A stretch of DNA of 64,000 nucleotides from a bacterium. Lineage in GTDB: Bacteria > UBA8248. The stretch covers positions 2,368,001 through 2,432,000 of the forward strand of contig CBDBEV010000001.1 of NCBI GenBank assembly GCA_965204535.1. Direction: 5' to 3'. Positions 37,670-50,000 of the stretch are shown in pieces (position 1 is the stretch's first letter; each line of letters begins with the position of its first letter). The notes beneath the pieces were generated by a model. That model saw nothing but the letters and a program-made list of their open reading frames with translations, was not told the origin of the DNA and made no database searches. The position numbers were made by a program, and so were the translations under genes.

Positions 37670-39415
37670 TTATGGCGCTTCCACGCGGACGGTGACGATA
37701 TCCACGCCGTGGTATTGCTGGTGGCGAACCGAAGCCGCGAGATGGCGCAAGAGCCTTAGCGACACCTCCTGCTCGAGGTGGGCTTCTTCCGTCTGCTCGT
37801 CGAGCAGCGCGACCTGATCCTCGAGGTTCCCTCCCTCCCCGGTTGCGGCGATGAACTCCAGAACGGCTGTGCCGCTTTCTTTGCGCGCGAGCAGGAGCAG
37901 GCTGCGCCGCTCGCTGCTTCCGTCGTCATCATCCCGCCCGAGCAGTGTCTGCAAAGTCTCCTCACAGACGGCATTCAGGCGATGCGCCATCCCCTCATCC
38001 CAGTCGCCGCTCGAGGCGAATCCGCCGAGAAACTCCCTGAGTTCCGGCAGGGACGAGGTGTCGAGCGCCGCTTCTATCCGGGCGGGGCGGGGTTCCGTCA
38101 TCTCCATGAACAGGGTCATGATGATGGCGACGAGGCCGCCGGCTGTCATCCCGTTGTTCATGAGGCCGCCCGCGAATTCCGAGAAAAACTCCGGGAAGAC
38201 AACCCCGCTCTGGAAAGCCACGCCGAGCCAGAACGAGACGCCGACGATTAGGCTCTTGCGGTAGTCGATCCCGTCCTGAACGATCATCTGCACGCCGATC
38301 ATGAAGAGCATCGCGATCATGATGAGGAGAAAAGCGGCGAAGACCGGGCCCGGTATCGCCAGCACCAGGGCGAGCGCCTTCGGCAGAAACGCCAGCGTCG
38401 CGAACACCGCGCCTGCGGCGATACCGACGTGGCGGGCCGCGACCCCCGTGAGCTGGGCCAAGGATGCGCCCGTCGTATAGGACGTGTTCGGCGCCGTTCC
38501 CGCGAGGCCGGAGAGCAGGTTGCTCAGACCGTCAGTGGCCACAGCGCCCTGCACCGCCCGGAAATCCACCGCCCGCGGCCTACGCCAGGAGACGCGCTGG
38601 GCGGCGGCGGCGCTGCTGATCGTCCGGATGGCGCCGATGGTGGCCGCCAGCAGGAACCCGGGAAGAAGCGACCAGAAAGCCGGCCCGAAACCGAGATCGA
38701 GGCCCGGCCATTCGACCGGGGGCAGTCCGGCCCAGGCGGCCTCCGCGACGCGGGCCGTATCGTACAGACCGAAAAAGGCGGCGATAAGCGCACCTGCGAG
38801 GACGCCGATGACAGGAGCCCAGAGTCGAAGCGACCCCGACGCCTTGAGGGTGAGACCGCAGATGACGAGCACGGTCGCCAAGGCGGTCAGCGGAGCGCCC
38901 AGAGCCGGGCTGCCCTCCGGCACGTCCTTGAGCAGATTGAGGACGGGCGCCATCACCGAGACCGGGATCAGCATGAGCACCGTTCCCGAGACGGCTGGGG
39001 TCAGGATCCGCCGAAACAAGGAGAGCCTGTCGGATATGACGAACTGGAAGAGACCCGAGACGACCACCAGAGTGGCGAAGGTAGCAGGTCCGCCCTTCGT
39101 GAGCGCCTCGATACCAACCGCGATAAAGGCCGCGGAACTTCCCATCATGAGCACGTGCCCCATGCCGAATCTCCCGAGCCGGAGCGACTGAAGCATCGTG
39201 GCGGCGCCTCCGATGGCGACGGCAGCGAACACGGCCCATGCCAGATATGCCTCGCTCTGGCCGGCGGCCCGCATGATGACCGTCGTAATCAATATCGTGG
39301 CGGATACGCTGAGAGCGGTGAGTTGTAGGCCGAGGCCGAGGGCGACGGCCAGAGGCGGTTTTTCGTCGGCCTGATAGCGAAGGCTCGAATCGTTCGCACT
39401 CATGGCGCAACCCAT
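37670..39415 (-). CDS. NCS2 xanthine/uracil permease-like transporter with C-terminal HATPase_c-like domain (SupE-like)
   Basis: LGLQ..., P.VSGTV, many TM helices. The soluble tail ELREFL...AVCEE...SLRLLRHLA..VRHQQY resembles RsbW-type domains. Confidence 0.8.
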   Translation of the reverse strand: MGCAMSANDSSLRYQADEKPPLAVALGLGLQLTALSVSATILITTVIMRAAGQSEAYLAWAVFAAVAIGGAATMLQSLRLGRFGMGHVLMMGSSAAFIAVGIEALTKGGPATFATLVVVSGLFQFVISDRLSLFRRILTPAVSGTVLMLIPVSVMAPVLNLLKDVPEGSPALGAPLTALATVLVICGLTLKASGSLRLWAPVIGVLAGALIAAFFGLYDTARVAEAAWAGLPPVEWPGLDLGFGPAFWSLLPGFLLAATIGAIRTISSAAAAQRVSWRRPRAVDFRAVQGAVATDGLSNLLSGLAGTAPNTSYTTGASLAQLTGVAARHVGIAAGAVFATLAFLPKALALVLAIPGPVFAAFLLIMIAMLFMIGVQMIVQDGIDYRKSLIVGVSFWLGVAFQSGVVFPEFFSEFAGGLMNNGMTAGGLVAIIMTLFMEMTEPRPARIEAALDTSSLPELREFLGGFASSGDWDEGMAHRLNAVCEETLQTLLGRDDDDGSSERRSLLLLARKESGTAVLEFIAATGEGGNLEDQVALLDEQTEEAHLEQEVSLRLLRHLAASVRHQQYHGVDIVTVRVEAP

Positions 39416-39846
39416 GTCCTGAAAACACCGAGCGCCCGCTCGACGAAACGGAAACGGCGCAGCGCTTGAAGAATTCTCGTGTGGTCAACTCGATTGAGGA
39501 GATCTCCCGCAACCTCCACCAAAGAGAATTTCAAATCAACTCCCCCCTTGAAGGTCGGGCTTCCCGAGGGGAAAGCCCGACGGTGAAGCCGAGGGGTTTG
39601 TGCGAAGGCTGAACCGGTGGGGGGGAATGCGTTTATCGCCATCCGAATTATCCCCCCCCGAATCACTTTCGGGCTTACGCCCTCAGCTCTTCGACTCCCC
39701 CTCAAGGGGGAGGGAACTTCAAAAACGTGCGCTCAACCAAAATCGCTCCACGGGGCTTTTTCAACAACCCCTCAAACCGCCGTCTCCCATCCAAACTACA
39801 TGGATGGAGAGCGGCTCTGGTATCTCCCAGGCTTTTTCCGAGATTG

Positions 39847-40623
39847 TCATCGAGTCCCCTCGCTCTCCCCTCGAATGAGCGCTTGGTCCGGTTCATAGGC
39901 GATGGCGGCGGCGAAATCCGCGTTCTCCAGATTTTCGAGTCTCCATTCGACTTTCGGCATCCAGGGAAATCGGAACATACCCTTTTTCGCGCCGCGCCGT
40001 ATGGCCTGTGGAACCTCGAACCGGGCAGGGCCCAGAGAAAAACCCGTTCCGAGAGCCTTGATCAGCGCCTCCTTGAGCGTCCAGAGCGTAAAGAACAAGT
40101 GAAACTTTTCTCGTCCATGCGCCGATGCAAAGTCGGCTTGTTCGTCCGGGCCGAACACGAACTCGCTAATCCCATCGAGATCGAGGCGGTCGACGCGTTC
40201 TTCCACGTCAACGCCGAGCCGCCCTTGCGGCGCAAGCGCAACTAACCCATGTTTGCCGCTGTGAGAGACGTTGAAGCTGACGGGAGCCGCTATCCCGTCC
40301 ACAAGTGCGAACGGTTTTCCATGCTCGGAAGCGCCGAACGCGAGTCGTTCGTTCCCGCAACCGAGCCGGCAGCAGAGAATGGAGCGCAGCGCGGCGCGGC
40401 ACAGGGTGAATTCGCGCCGGGGACGGTCATACCGGTAACGCCGCCGACGCTCCTGTTCTCCCTCATCGAGCCAGGAAAAGGCGTGCGCCTCGCGCTCCTC
40501 ATGGGGCGTCAGGTCGACATGTATGACGAGAATATCGTCTATTTCACGGAACGTGTGAAACCAGGAATCGACAACCTCAGCAGCCATAGAAACCAGTCTT
40601 TCCGCGAGTGTGGGAGTCGCCAC
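39847..40623 (-). CDS. Sfp-type 4'-phosphopantetheinyl transferase (SupC-like)
   Basis: GKP, FNVSHS, LGVDVE, WTLKEALIKA. Confidence 0.93.
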   Translation of the reverse strand: MATPTLAERLVSMAAEVVDSWFHTFREIDDILVIHVDLTPHEEREAHAFSWLDEGEQERRRRYRYDRPRREFTLCRAALRSILCCRLGCGNERLAFGASEHGKPFALVDGIAAPVSFNVSHSGKHGLVALAPQGRLGVDVEERVDRLDLDGISEFVFGPDEQADFASAHGREKFHLFFTLWTLKEALIKALGTGFSLGPARFEVPQAIRRGAKKGMFRFPWMPKVEWRLENLENADFAAAIAYEPDQALIRGESEGTR

Positions 40624-40771
40624 CTGTGCGCCTTGAAACCAGAGGCCAGTCCTGCAGGACTGGCCCCGGCTCCAAAACGAAACTTGTTGTTTAATTTCCT
40701 GAAAATCGGTGTTCCTGTCTGAAATTTATTGCAATTTTCTGATCCCGGGGCTGCGCTCAACTACGTTGGCT

Positions 40772-40993
40772 TCAACCACCCAGATAGTTGATCAAGTCCC
40801 TCAAAGTTCTGAAGTCTCTGGCAATTTCTTGTGTAATTTCGACCTCGAATTCCCGATCGACGACCTTGAGAAAGTTCACGGCATCCACCGAGTTCACGCC
40901 GATTTCGCCTAAGTCCGCGTCCAGCATCGCCCGATCCGAGATGCCCAAATGTTTTTCCACAAGGTCTCCCATACGTTCTTCGACACTTGCCAT
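40772..40993 (-). CDS. Free-standing acyl carrier protein (SupB-like)
   Basis: GVNSVDAV Ppant motif, EFEVEI, RTLRDL. Lies directly after the PKS. Confidence 0.88.
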   Translation of the reverse strand: MASVEERMGDLVEKHLGISDRAMLDADLGEIGVNSVDAVNFLKVVDREFEVEITQEIARDFRTLRDLINYLGG

Positions 40994-41081
40994 CGTCGCG
41001 CTGTCTCCCATTTTGAAAATGTTAGAGCGGTGATTAAAACTATAGTGAAATCATAACTTTCCCGATATAGTTGTCAAGCAT

Positions 41082-44000
41082 TCAAGGTGCCTCGAACCAG
41101 AAGCGACGGCGTTGGAACGGGTAGCCCGGCAGCGAAATCCGTCGCCTCTCTTCTCCGGCGAACAGCCCGGCGAAGTCGAGCGTGAGTCCTGCCTCATACG
41201 CCCGCGCAACCGCCTCGACAAACCCGGCACCACTCTCAGACGCCCGGTTCAGGCTCGAAAGCACCACCGGCGGCGCGGCGTCGTTTTCGCTCGCTCCTGC
41301 GTCGCCTGAAAGATCAGGCCAAGCCGAGAGCACCTGCGGGACGAACGCTGCATCCGGCCCGCTCTCCACGACGACCTCCACGCCCGATTCCGTGAGTGTC
41401 TTGGCGCATTCGTCCAGCGCTCCCGGTTCACGCGCCTGCTTGCGCCAATAGGCTCCATCGAGCGTCTCGCCCGAAGCGAGTACACGGCCCGTCACTCCAT
41501 TCACCAGCGTGAGCGAGGGCAACGCCGTCACAACGCCCTCGAGAGCCGTTTCCAGATCGTCCAAGGCCGCCTCCACTCCCTCTTCTCCCGAGATCGCCTC
41601 CATCAACGCGCCGCGCCGCGCCGCGAAACGCAAGCCCTCCTCCAGCGTGAACACATCCGCCGCATGCGCCGCCGCAACTTCTCCGGAACCTGCGCCGAAC
41701 ACCACGTTCGGCCGAATCCCGACACTCGCCCAAAGCGTTGTGAGCGCGCACCCGAGCGCAAAGACCGCTGGCTGCGACCACGCCGGATCGTCCAGATCTC
41801 CAGAGCGGCCGAACATCACATCCAGCAGCGAGGCGCCGCGCTCCACCCGGAGCACCTCGTCGCAGCGATCCAGAACCGCGCGCGCCACCGGCTCGCTCTC
41901 GTAGAGTTCTTCTCCCATCCCGACCCGGTGGCCGTCCTCTCCGGCGTAGGCGAAGGCCACCCTCGCCGCCACCTGCGGCTTCGGCAACTCGTCTGACTCC
42001 TCGATCGCTCTCAATCCTTCCCGCAACGACGCTGCGTCTTCGAAGACGACGCCCGCGCGGTGCGCGAAATGACTCCGCCCCACGGCCGCCGTCCAAGCCA
42101 TATCCGAAAGCAGCGGCTCTGCAGCCGCGCCCTCGGAGGAAAGCTCCCCGGCGGAATCATCCAGCCAGGAAAGATACCGCCCCGCCGACTCACGAAGCGC
42201 ATCGTCCGATTTTCCCGATAGCGGGAGCATCCGCGTCCGGCGCGGGCGCAACTCCTCCTCCGCCTGAGACTTCGGGACCGAATCCGGCAGTGTTACGGGG
42301 ACGGGCTGCGCGGAACCTGCGGGGGAACCCCGCCCGGTGTCTGTGGCTGAATCCCCCTCCGGCGCGCCGTAGCCTTCGATGAGGACGTGCGCGTTCGTCC
42401 CTGAAAGCGCAAAAGCGCTCACGCCCGCCCGGCGCGGACGATCGGATACGAGCGGCCAGGCCGTCGCTTCAGACGTCACCCGCAACGGAAGCGCGTCCCA
42501 ATCCATGTGCGGGTTCGGGTTTTCGAAATGCAGGTGTTTGGGAATCTTTCCGTGCTTCATTGCCAGCAACACCTTGATCAGGCCGGCGATTCCGGCCGCC
42601 GATTCCAGATGGCCGATGTTCGTCTTCACCGTGCCGAGCAGGAGAGGACGGTCCGGAGCGCGTCCTCGTCCGTACACCGCCGCCGCCGCGCGCACCTCGA
42701 TCGGGTCGCCCAGTTGCGACCCCGTCGCGTGTACTTCCAGATAATCCACCTCCGAGGGTGGGAAGCCGGACCGGGAAAGCGCATCCTCAAGCACCTGTTC
42801 CTGCGCCGTGCCGTTGGGCACCGTCAGCGCGGCGCTCGCGCCGTTCTGGTTCACCGCCGAACCCTGCACCAGACCCCAGATGCGGTCGCCGTCCGCTTCC
42901 GCGTCGCTCAGCCGCTTCATGACCACCATCCCGCAGCCTTCACCCCGCACGTAGCCGTCCGCGTCCGCATCGAAGGTCCGGCACCGACCGCTCGGCGACA
43001 ACATCCCGAACTCCGCCATGAATTTCGAAACCGGAGGCGAGAGCACCGCGTGCACGCCTCCGGCGAGCGCCAGGTCTACCTCGCCCTCCCGAAGGGCTGC
43101 GGCCGCCTGGTGAACCGCCACCAGCGACGATGCGCAGGTCATGTCCAGCGGCACCGCCGGTCCCATCAGGCCAAGAACGAAAGCGATCCGCCCGATGGCC
43201 ACGCTCGGGGCGTTGCCGATGTGGCTGTCATCCAGGCCGCCGGCCACGACGAGGTCGCGGTACTCGCTGACGCCCAATCCGACATACGCACCGGTGCGAG
43301 TACCCTTGAGCGGAGCGGGGTCGATGCCTGCGTCCTCGAGCGCCTGCCAAGTCGTCTCGAGCAATAGTCTTTGGCGCGGGTCCATCAAGCGCGCCTCGAT
43401 TGGCCTGATGCCGAAGAAACTCGCATCGAACTGGTCGATTCCTTCGATGAACCCGCCTTGCCGGTAGAAGTCTTTTTCGGCGGCCGGGTCGCCGGCGACG
43501 CCGCTCCAGGGGCCGGTATCCCGCCGCCCGTCCGTCACCGCGTCGCTGCCTGATTCGAGCAGACGCCAGAAGGCGGAAATATCCGGCGCGCCCGGGAAAC
43601 GGCACGCCATGCCGACGATAGCAATCTGCTCCTCCTCGCGCCGCGCCAGAGGCCGCCGCTCCGGCTCGGGTTGCGCCTGCGGGGCGGGTGCGGGCCCGAG
43701 GTCGCCGAGTTCTTCGGCCAGATGACGGGCGAGCACCGCGATGTCGGGATAGTCGAAAACCACCGTGTTCGGGGCCGTGTAGGCATCCGCAAACGCGCGG
43801 TTCAGCCGGTTTCGCAGTTCCACGGCCATGAGCGAGTCCATGCCAAGATCGAAAAATCCCACGGTGGGTTCGGGCGTGCCCGGCAGCCGCAGCACCGCCT
43901 TCAGTTCCTGCTGCAGGAACGAAACCAGCAAGCTCTCGCGCTCCGCCGCGGGCGTCTCCCCCAGACGGGCTATCAGGTTGTCCGCCAGTGCAGGGGAGTC

Positions 44001-47000
44001 GGCCTCTGCGTCTTGAGCGTCGGAAAGCAGGTCTTCGAAAAACGGGGGAATGTTATCCAGGGTCTTTTCGAATACAGACCAATCCCTCGCCAGAACCATG
44101 GAATTCGCGGCGTCCTCGCGGACCAGCCGGTCGAATGCCCTGAGTCCCTGCTGCGGTGTCATCCAGTCGATTCCGGTCGCCGTGATACTTTGGGAGATCC
44201 GCTCCCGCTGTTCCGCCGCTTCGCCGATTTCCGACCATGCGCCCCAGGCGATGGCCTGCCCCGGAAGTCCCATCGCGCGCCGGTGCGCGGCGAGTTGATC
44301 CAGGAACGCGTTGGCCGCCGAGTGGTTCGACTGGCCCGGATTGCCGAGCACGCCGGCCGCGCTCGAGAAGAGGACGAACATGTCCAGATCGCGATCCGCC
44401 GTCGCGCGGTGCAGATGCCACGCGCCCAGCACCTTCGGCCACAGCACCCCCTCGAACCGCTTCCAGCTCTGGTTCCCGAGCGCGCCGTCAGAAAGCACCC
44501 CCACGCTGTGGATCACGCCGCCCAAAGGCGGCAAATCCGCATCCATCCGCGCCAGCATTTCGTCCACCGCGTTCGGGTCCGTCACGTCCGCGAGTTCCAC
44601 CCGCACCGTGAATCCGCGCTTTCGCAACGATTCGACCGCTTCTTCGACCTCGGGGTCCGGGGGCCGCCGCCCATTGAGCACGATAGCTCCGGCCCCCCGG
44701 TCCGCCAGCCAATCGGCCACGGCGCACCCGATGCCGCCCAGACCGCCGGTGACGAGGTAGGTCCTGTCCTCTCGCAACCGCCCCCTGGTGAGTGGTGAGT
44801 TCGTAAAGACGATCTTCCCGATGTGGCGGCCGTCACGCATGAACTCGACGGCCTGCCGCGCCTCGGCCAGCGGCCACCTGGTGTGGATGAGCGGCGTCAG
44901 TTCTCCCGCCGTCAGCCGCGCCATGATGTCTTTGAGCAGCGCTCCCGGCCGCTCCGGCTCATCATCTTTCATGGCGTCGAGCTTCACGATGTGATAGGTC
45001 ACGTCCGGCCGTACGGCCGCCATCTCTTCTTCGCTCAGAATGTCGCGCGCCGCCAGTTCCACGAAACGGCCGCCTTGCGCCAGACACGACAGGCTCGCGT
45101 CGATGAAGCCCTCCGCTGTCAGGCTGTTCAAGATCAGGTCGACGCCTTCGCCGCCCGTGGCCTCGAATATCTCCTCCCCGAATTTCGTCTGGCGGCTGTC
45201 GAATACGTGCGCCACGCCCAGCGAGCGGAGATACGCCTGTTTCGGCGCGCTCGCCGTCGCGAACACTTCCGCTCCCGCCGCCTGCGCCAACTGGATGGCC
45301 GCGAGCCCCACGCCGCCCGCGCCTGCGTGAATCAGCACCCGGTCGCCGGCTTTCAGCTCCGCGAGTTCGTAAGAGAGTGCTGCGGACAAGAACACCGTCG
45401 GCATCGTGGCGAGCGCCGCGGCCGGCAAATCCGCCGGAGCGGGCGCCACCAACTCCTCATGCGTCACGGATTCCGGTCCGAACATGCCGCGCGTGCCGCG
45501 CTTCACGCCGACCACGCGGTCGCCCACCGAAACGCTCGATACCTCGGAGCCCACCTCGAGGATATGGCCGCACATCTCCGTGCCCAGGAATTTTTCGTCA
45601 ATCAGACCGAGCGCCGCGAACACGTCCCAGAAGTTGAGCCCCGCGGCCTCGACCGCCACGCGGACTTCTCTCGGCTCAAGCGGCGGCGACTCCGCCTGCA
45701 GCCCGCTGAGCGCGCCGTCTTCGTCGACCCCCAGCAGCCAGTTCGGGTCTTCGGGCAAGGTCAGCCGCTCCGCCCCCTTGCCGGCCCGGACCAGGCGGGC
45801 GACGCGGCGACGGCTGCCGCGGTGTACGATTTGGTTTTCCGTATCGGGGTAGAGTAGTTCATTGGCGAGATCCACCGGCGGCGCCATAGGTTCGGGGTCC
45901 AGATCGAGCATCTTCGGCTGCATTTGGGATGCTTCCCGGGCCAATGCCTTCCCGAAACCCCAGAGCGTCGCGCCGGCAAGCTCTCCGCCGCGTTCTCGCT
46001 CCAGCACCTGCGCGCCCCGCGTGAGGAACCAGAATCCCTTCCCGGGCGCTGCATCGGCGTCGGACATGGCTTGCGCCAGCGCCAATGCGCTCGCGCCCAC
46101 CCGCTTCACGTCCTCCGCCATCTCCGCCGTCGTCGCACCCGGCCCGTGGCCGTCAAGTGCGGCGAGATGCACGACGCCGCTGAGCGGCGGATCTTCGGGC
46201 AGACCCTCCAGCAGCGCTCCCCAGGATTCGCGGCTATCCATCTCAAGAGTCGTATGGATGACTCCGGGTTTTTCATCCGCCGGACCCCCGTCCGCCGAAC
46301 CCGCCTCGCTCGCGAGCACGACCGTCTGGTTGCGCGACGCCAATTTCTCCGCCAACTCCGCCGCCGCACCGCCACGGTCCGCCGCCAGAACCCACACGCC
46401 GGGACGCTCGGCCACCTCCTCGGGCAACTGCCCCAGTATTACGCCCCTGTCCGGCATCTCAACGGAGTCACCCCAGCCCAGCCCGAGAATCTCCACGCCC
46501 TCGAAACCCGCGGCATCGAGGGACTGCCGCCACACGTCCGGCCCCGCCAGGGCGTAGGTGGGGCGGCAATCGTCGGAGAACCGCCACCAGCCGTCCAGTT
46601 GTCCGAAAGTCATATCCAGCCAGTCCTGGCCGCAAAGGTTTTCGAGCGCCACGAGGTGCCCCGAGGGCGCGAGAAGGCTCCTGCAGTGCGTGAGCGTCTC
46701 CTCCAGGTAGCGCGTGGCGTGCAGCACGTTGGACGCAATCACCAAGTCATAGCCGTGGGAGTCGAAGCCCTGCTCCACCGGGTCTTTTTCGATGTCCAGC
46801 ACCCGGTATTCGATGCACCCGCCGCCGTCGCCGAACAGCCCCTCCGCCTGCGCGAAGAAGCCCGCCGAGATGTCCGTGTAGGTGTAGTCGAAACGCCCTT
46901 CAGGAAGTTCGGGCAGGACGGATTCGGTCGCCGACCCCGTACCCGCCCCGACTTCGATTACCCGCAGGCGCCGCCCTTCGGGCAAGCCGGCCACGAGAGT

Positions 47001-50000
47001 GCGCACCGCGTCTCTCAGCATCAGATTCGCTGCCCGCCACACCGGCGCCTTGAAGTAGAGGTCCGCGGCGCTGGGTTCTCCGCTGCCGAACAGAAGCGAG
47101 AGCGGATCCTCCTCGCCGCGAAGCACTTCCGCCAGGGCGCCCGCGCTTCTGCGGAACAGCCCGATCTCGTTCGAAGCATAAGCGTATCGCTCGATCACCC
47201 CGGCCGCGAACTCCTCGGGATCCCCCGGCATGCCTTCCGGCAAGGGCTCTCCGGCCCCTACAGCGACGAGGAAAACTTCGCCCTCCGACTTAAGAACGCC
47301 CACCCTCTCCAATAACTCGAGCATCCGGCGGAACAGTTGGCTGTGTTGATCTTGCACCCCCAGGCGCTCCCGCAAATCTTCCGAATCCACGGCCTCACCC
47401 GCCTTCCGCTCCCATCCGAGTTTCTCCAGGGCCGCGAGCGCAAAATGCCGCGCCATGCACGAGAGGTCCGCCAGCACGGCGGGCCTCATTTCGGCATCGA
47501 CTCCTTCCGCCGCCAGATAGCTGGAGAACGGCTCCCATCGCTCCGCGACCTCCACCGGACTCGGGAGGAAATCCGCAGGCTGTATTCCCGGCGGGAGGGC
47601 GCTATCTCGCCACACGACCTCGTATAGAAGATCGTCCAGCCCTTCCACCGCAGAGAGCAGAGCCGCCCGCGTTGCGCGCTTCAGCATAAACCCGCTCAAC
47701 TCGCCGATCAGCGCCCCGTTCTCGTCGTAGAGGAGAAAATCCGCGACGAAGACCTCAGACCCGCCGCCGGTTTCGGCGTCCGGTTCCTGGCTCTTCGGAG
47801 CCTCCCGCATGCGCACGTGGCAGAGAAGCCTGTCCGGCAGCTTCTCCGCCAGCCACAGCCGCTCCCAGCCGAACGGCAGGTAGGTGATCCCGTCCTCGGC
47901 CCCGCCCGGATTGCGCGCCGCCGCCATCACCTGAAAGCAGCCGTCGAGCAGGAGCGGGTGCACGTCGAGGGCGTTTTCGCCTAAAGCCTCAGGCCAGCAC
48001 ACCTCGCCCAGCGCTTCGCCCGCCCGGGACCAGACCGATCCCAGCGTACGGAACGAGGGGCCGAGATCGATCCCCACATTCGCCTTGGCGCGGTAATACG
48101 CCGGCACGTCCTCGGGCGACAGAGCGGCCTTCAGGCTTTCCAAATCCACCTGCTCCGAGGATTGCCGTCCGCCCGCTTCCGAGGGCGCGCGGCACTCCGC
48201 GTGCAGCGTCCAACCCTCCTCGGCCTCTCCTTTGCTGAATATCCGGACGAGGCGCCAGGGCTCCTCCCCCGGCGCCTCGAGCAGAACCTGCATTTCCCGC
48301 CCCTCGCCGCCGTTCTCTGAATTTTCTTCCGGGAAGATCAGTGCGTTGTGCAGTTGCACCTCCTCGACGAGCATCGCTCCGCCTCCCTCGGCGGTGGACG
48401 CCGATATCGCCATCGCCCCGTAGAGCGCGCCGGGCGCAATGACACGGCCGAATACCCGGTGGTCGTTCAGCCACGCCGGATCAGACGGCAGCACTTCGGT
48501 CTCGAAGGTGATTTCGCCGCCGGCGGACTCATGCCTCTCGCCCAAAAGCGGATGGCCTGTGCTCTGCCGCCGCCGCTTCGGCCCCTCGACCCAGTAGCGT
48601 TCGCGCTGGAACGGATAGCCAGGGAGCGAGATGCGGCGCCGGGTCTCTCCTGCGAACAATCCCTCGAAGGAAAGGTCGACTCCGGCTTCATAGGCCCCGG
48701 CCACCGCGCCCATGAAACCCGCTTCGAGCTCAGCCGCCGGTTTCTCCTCGTCTTGCGAGGGCCTTTGCAGGCTCGCCAAAACGAGAGGAGCCTCGACGTC
48801 CACTCCTACGGCATCCGCACCCTCATCCGGACCCGGCCAGGCGAGAGAAAGCATCGGGCCCAGCACCGCGTGCGGACCGACTTCCACTACTAGGTCGACG
48901 CCCAGGTTCGCCAGCGCGCGGACGCCGAGGTCGAACGCCACCGCCTCGCGGGCATGGCGGCGCCAGTACGCCCCGCCGAGTATCTCGTCCGGCTCCACGA
49001 CCCGGCCCGTCACGTTGCTTACCAGAGTCGTGAGCGAGGGCGACGCAATCTCGATTCGTTCAAAAAGTTCTTCCAGCGCATTCAGAGCCGGCTCCACCAG
49101 GGGGCTGTGGAACGCCTGGCTCGTGTGGATCGGCCTCACCCGGACTTCTTCCGATTCGAAGCGCTCCGAAACCGCCTCGACCGCGGAGACCTGGCCGCTC
49201 AGCACCTGGTGCGCCCCGTTTCTCGCCGCAATCGCAAGCCTCTCGCTCCCGGCCGCCTCGTTGTACGCAAGTACCGCCTCCTCAACTATCGAGAAGGGAG
49301 CGAAGACGGCCGCCATCGTCCCGGCTTCCGGGACCGACGAGAGTATTTCGCTCCGCCCCATGACGGCCCGCATCCCGTCTTCGAGCCCGAACACGCCCGC
49401 CGTATGCGCCGCCCCGAACTCCCCGACGCTGTGGCCCACCACCACGTCCGGGCGAACCCCCAAGCTCTCCCAGAGCGCCGTAACCGCACACTCGATCGCG
49501 TAGATGGCCGGCTGCGCCCAGACCGTGTCGTAGAGATTTCCCTCGCCTTGAGCGAACATCACGTCCAGAAGCGAGGCACCTCTCTCCGCGCGAAACGCTT
49601 CTTCGCAGCGATCGAGAACCACCCGCGCCACCGGTTCGCTCTCGTAAAGGTCCCGCCCCATGCCGACCCACTGGCCTCCCTGTCCGGTGAAGAGGAAAGC
49701 GACTTTCGTCGTTGTTCGCGCCTCCGGCGCTTCGCCGCCATCGGCCAGGGCGCTCAACCGTTCACGTAGCCGTGCGGCATCGTCGAAGGCAAGACCCGCG
49801 CGGTGCGTGAAATGACCCCGCCCGACGCAGGCCGTCCACGCCATATCCGAAAGCAACGGCTTTGAGGCGGCGCTTTGGGAAGCGAGTTCTTCGCCGCGCC
49901 CATCGAGCCAAGAGAGATACCGCCCGGCGAGGTCCCGAAGCGCGCCCTCCGACTTTCCTGAGAGCGGAAGAAGCCTTGTCTCGCGCTCGATGTGCCAGTC

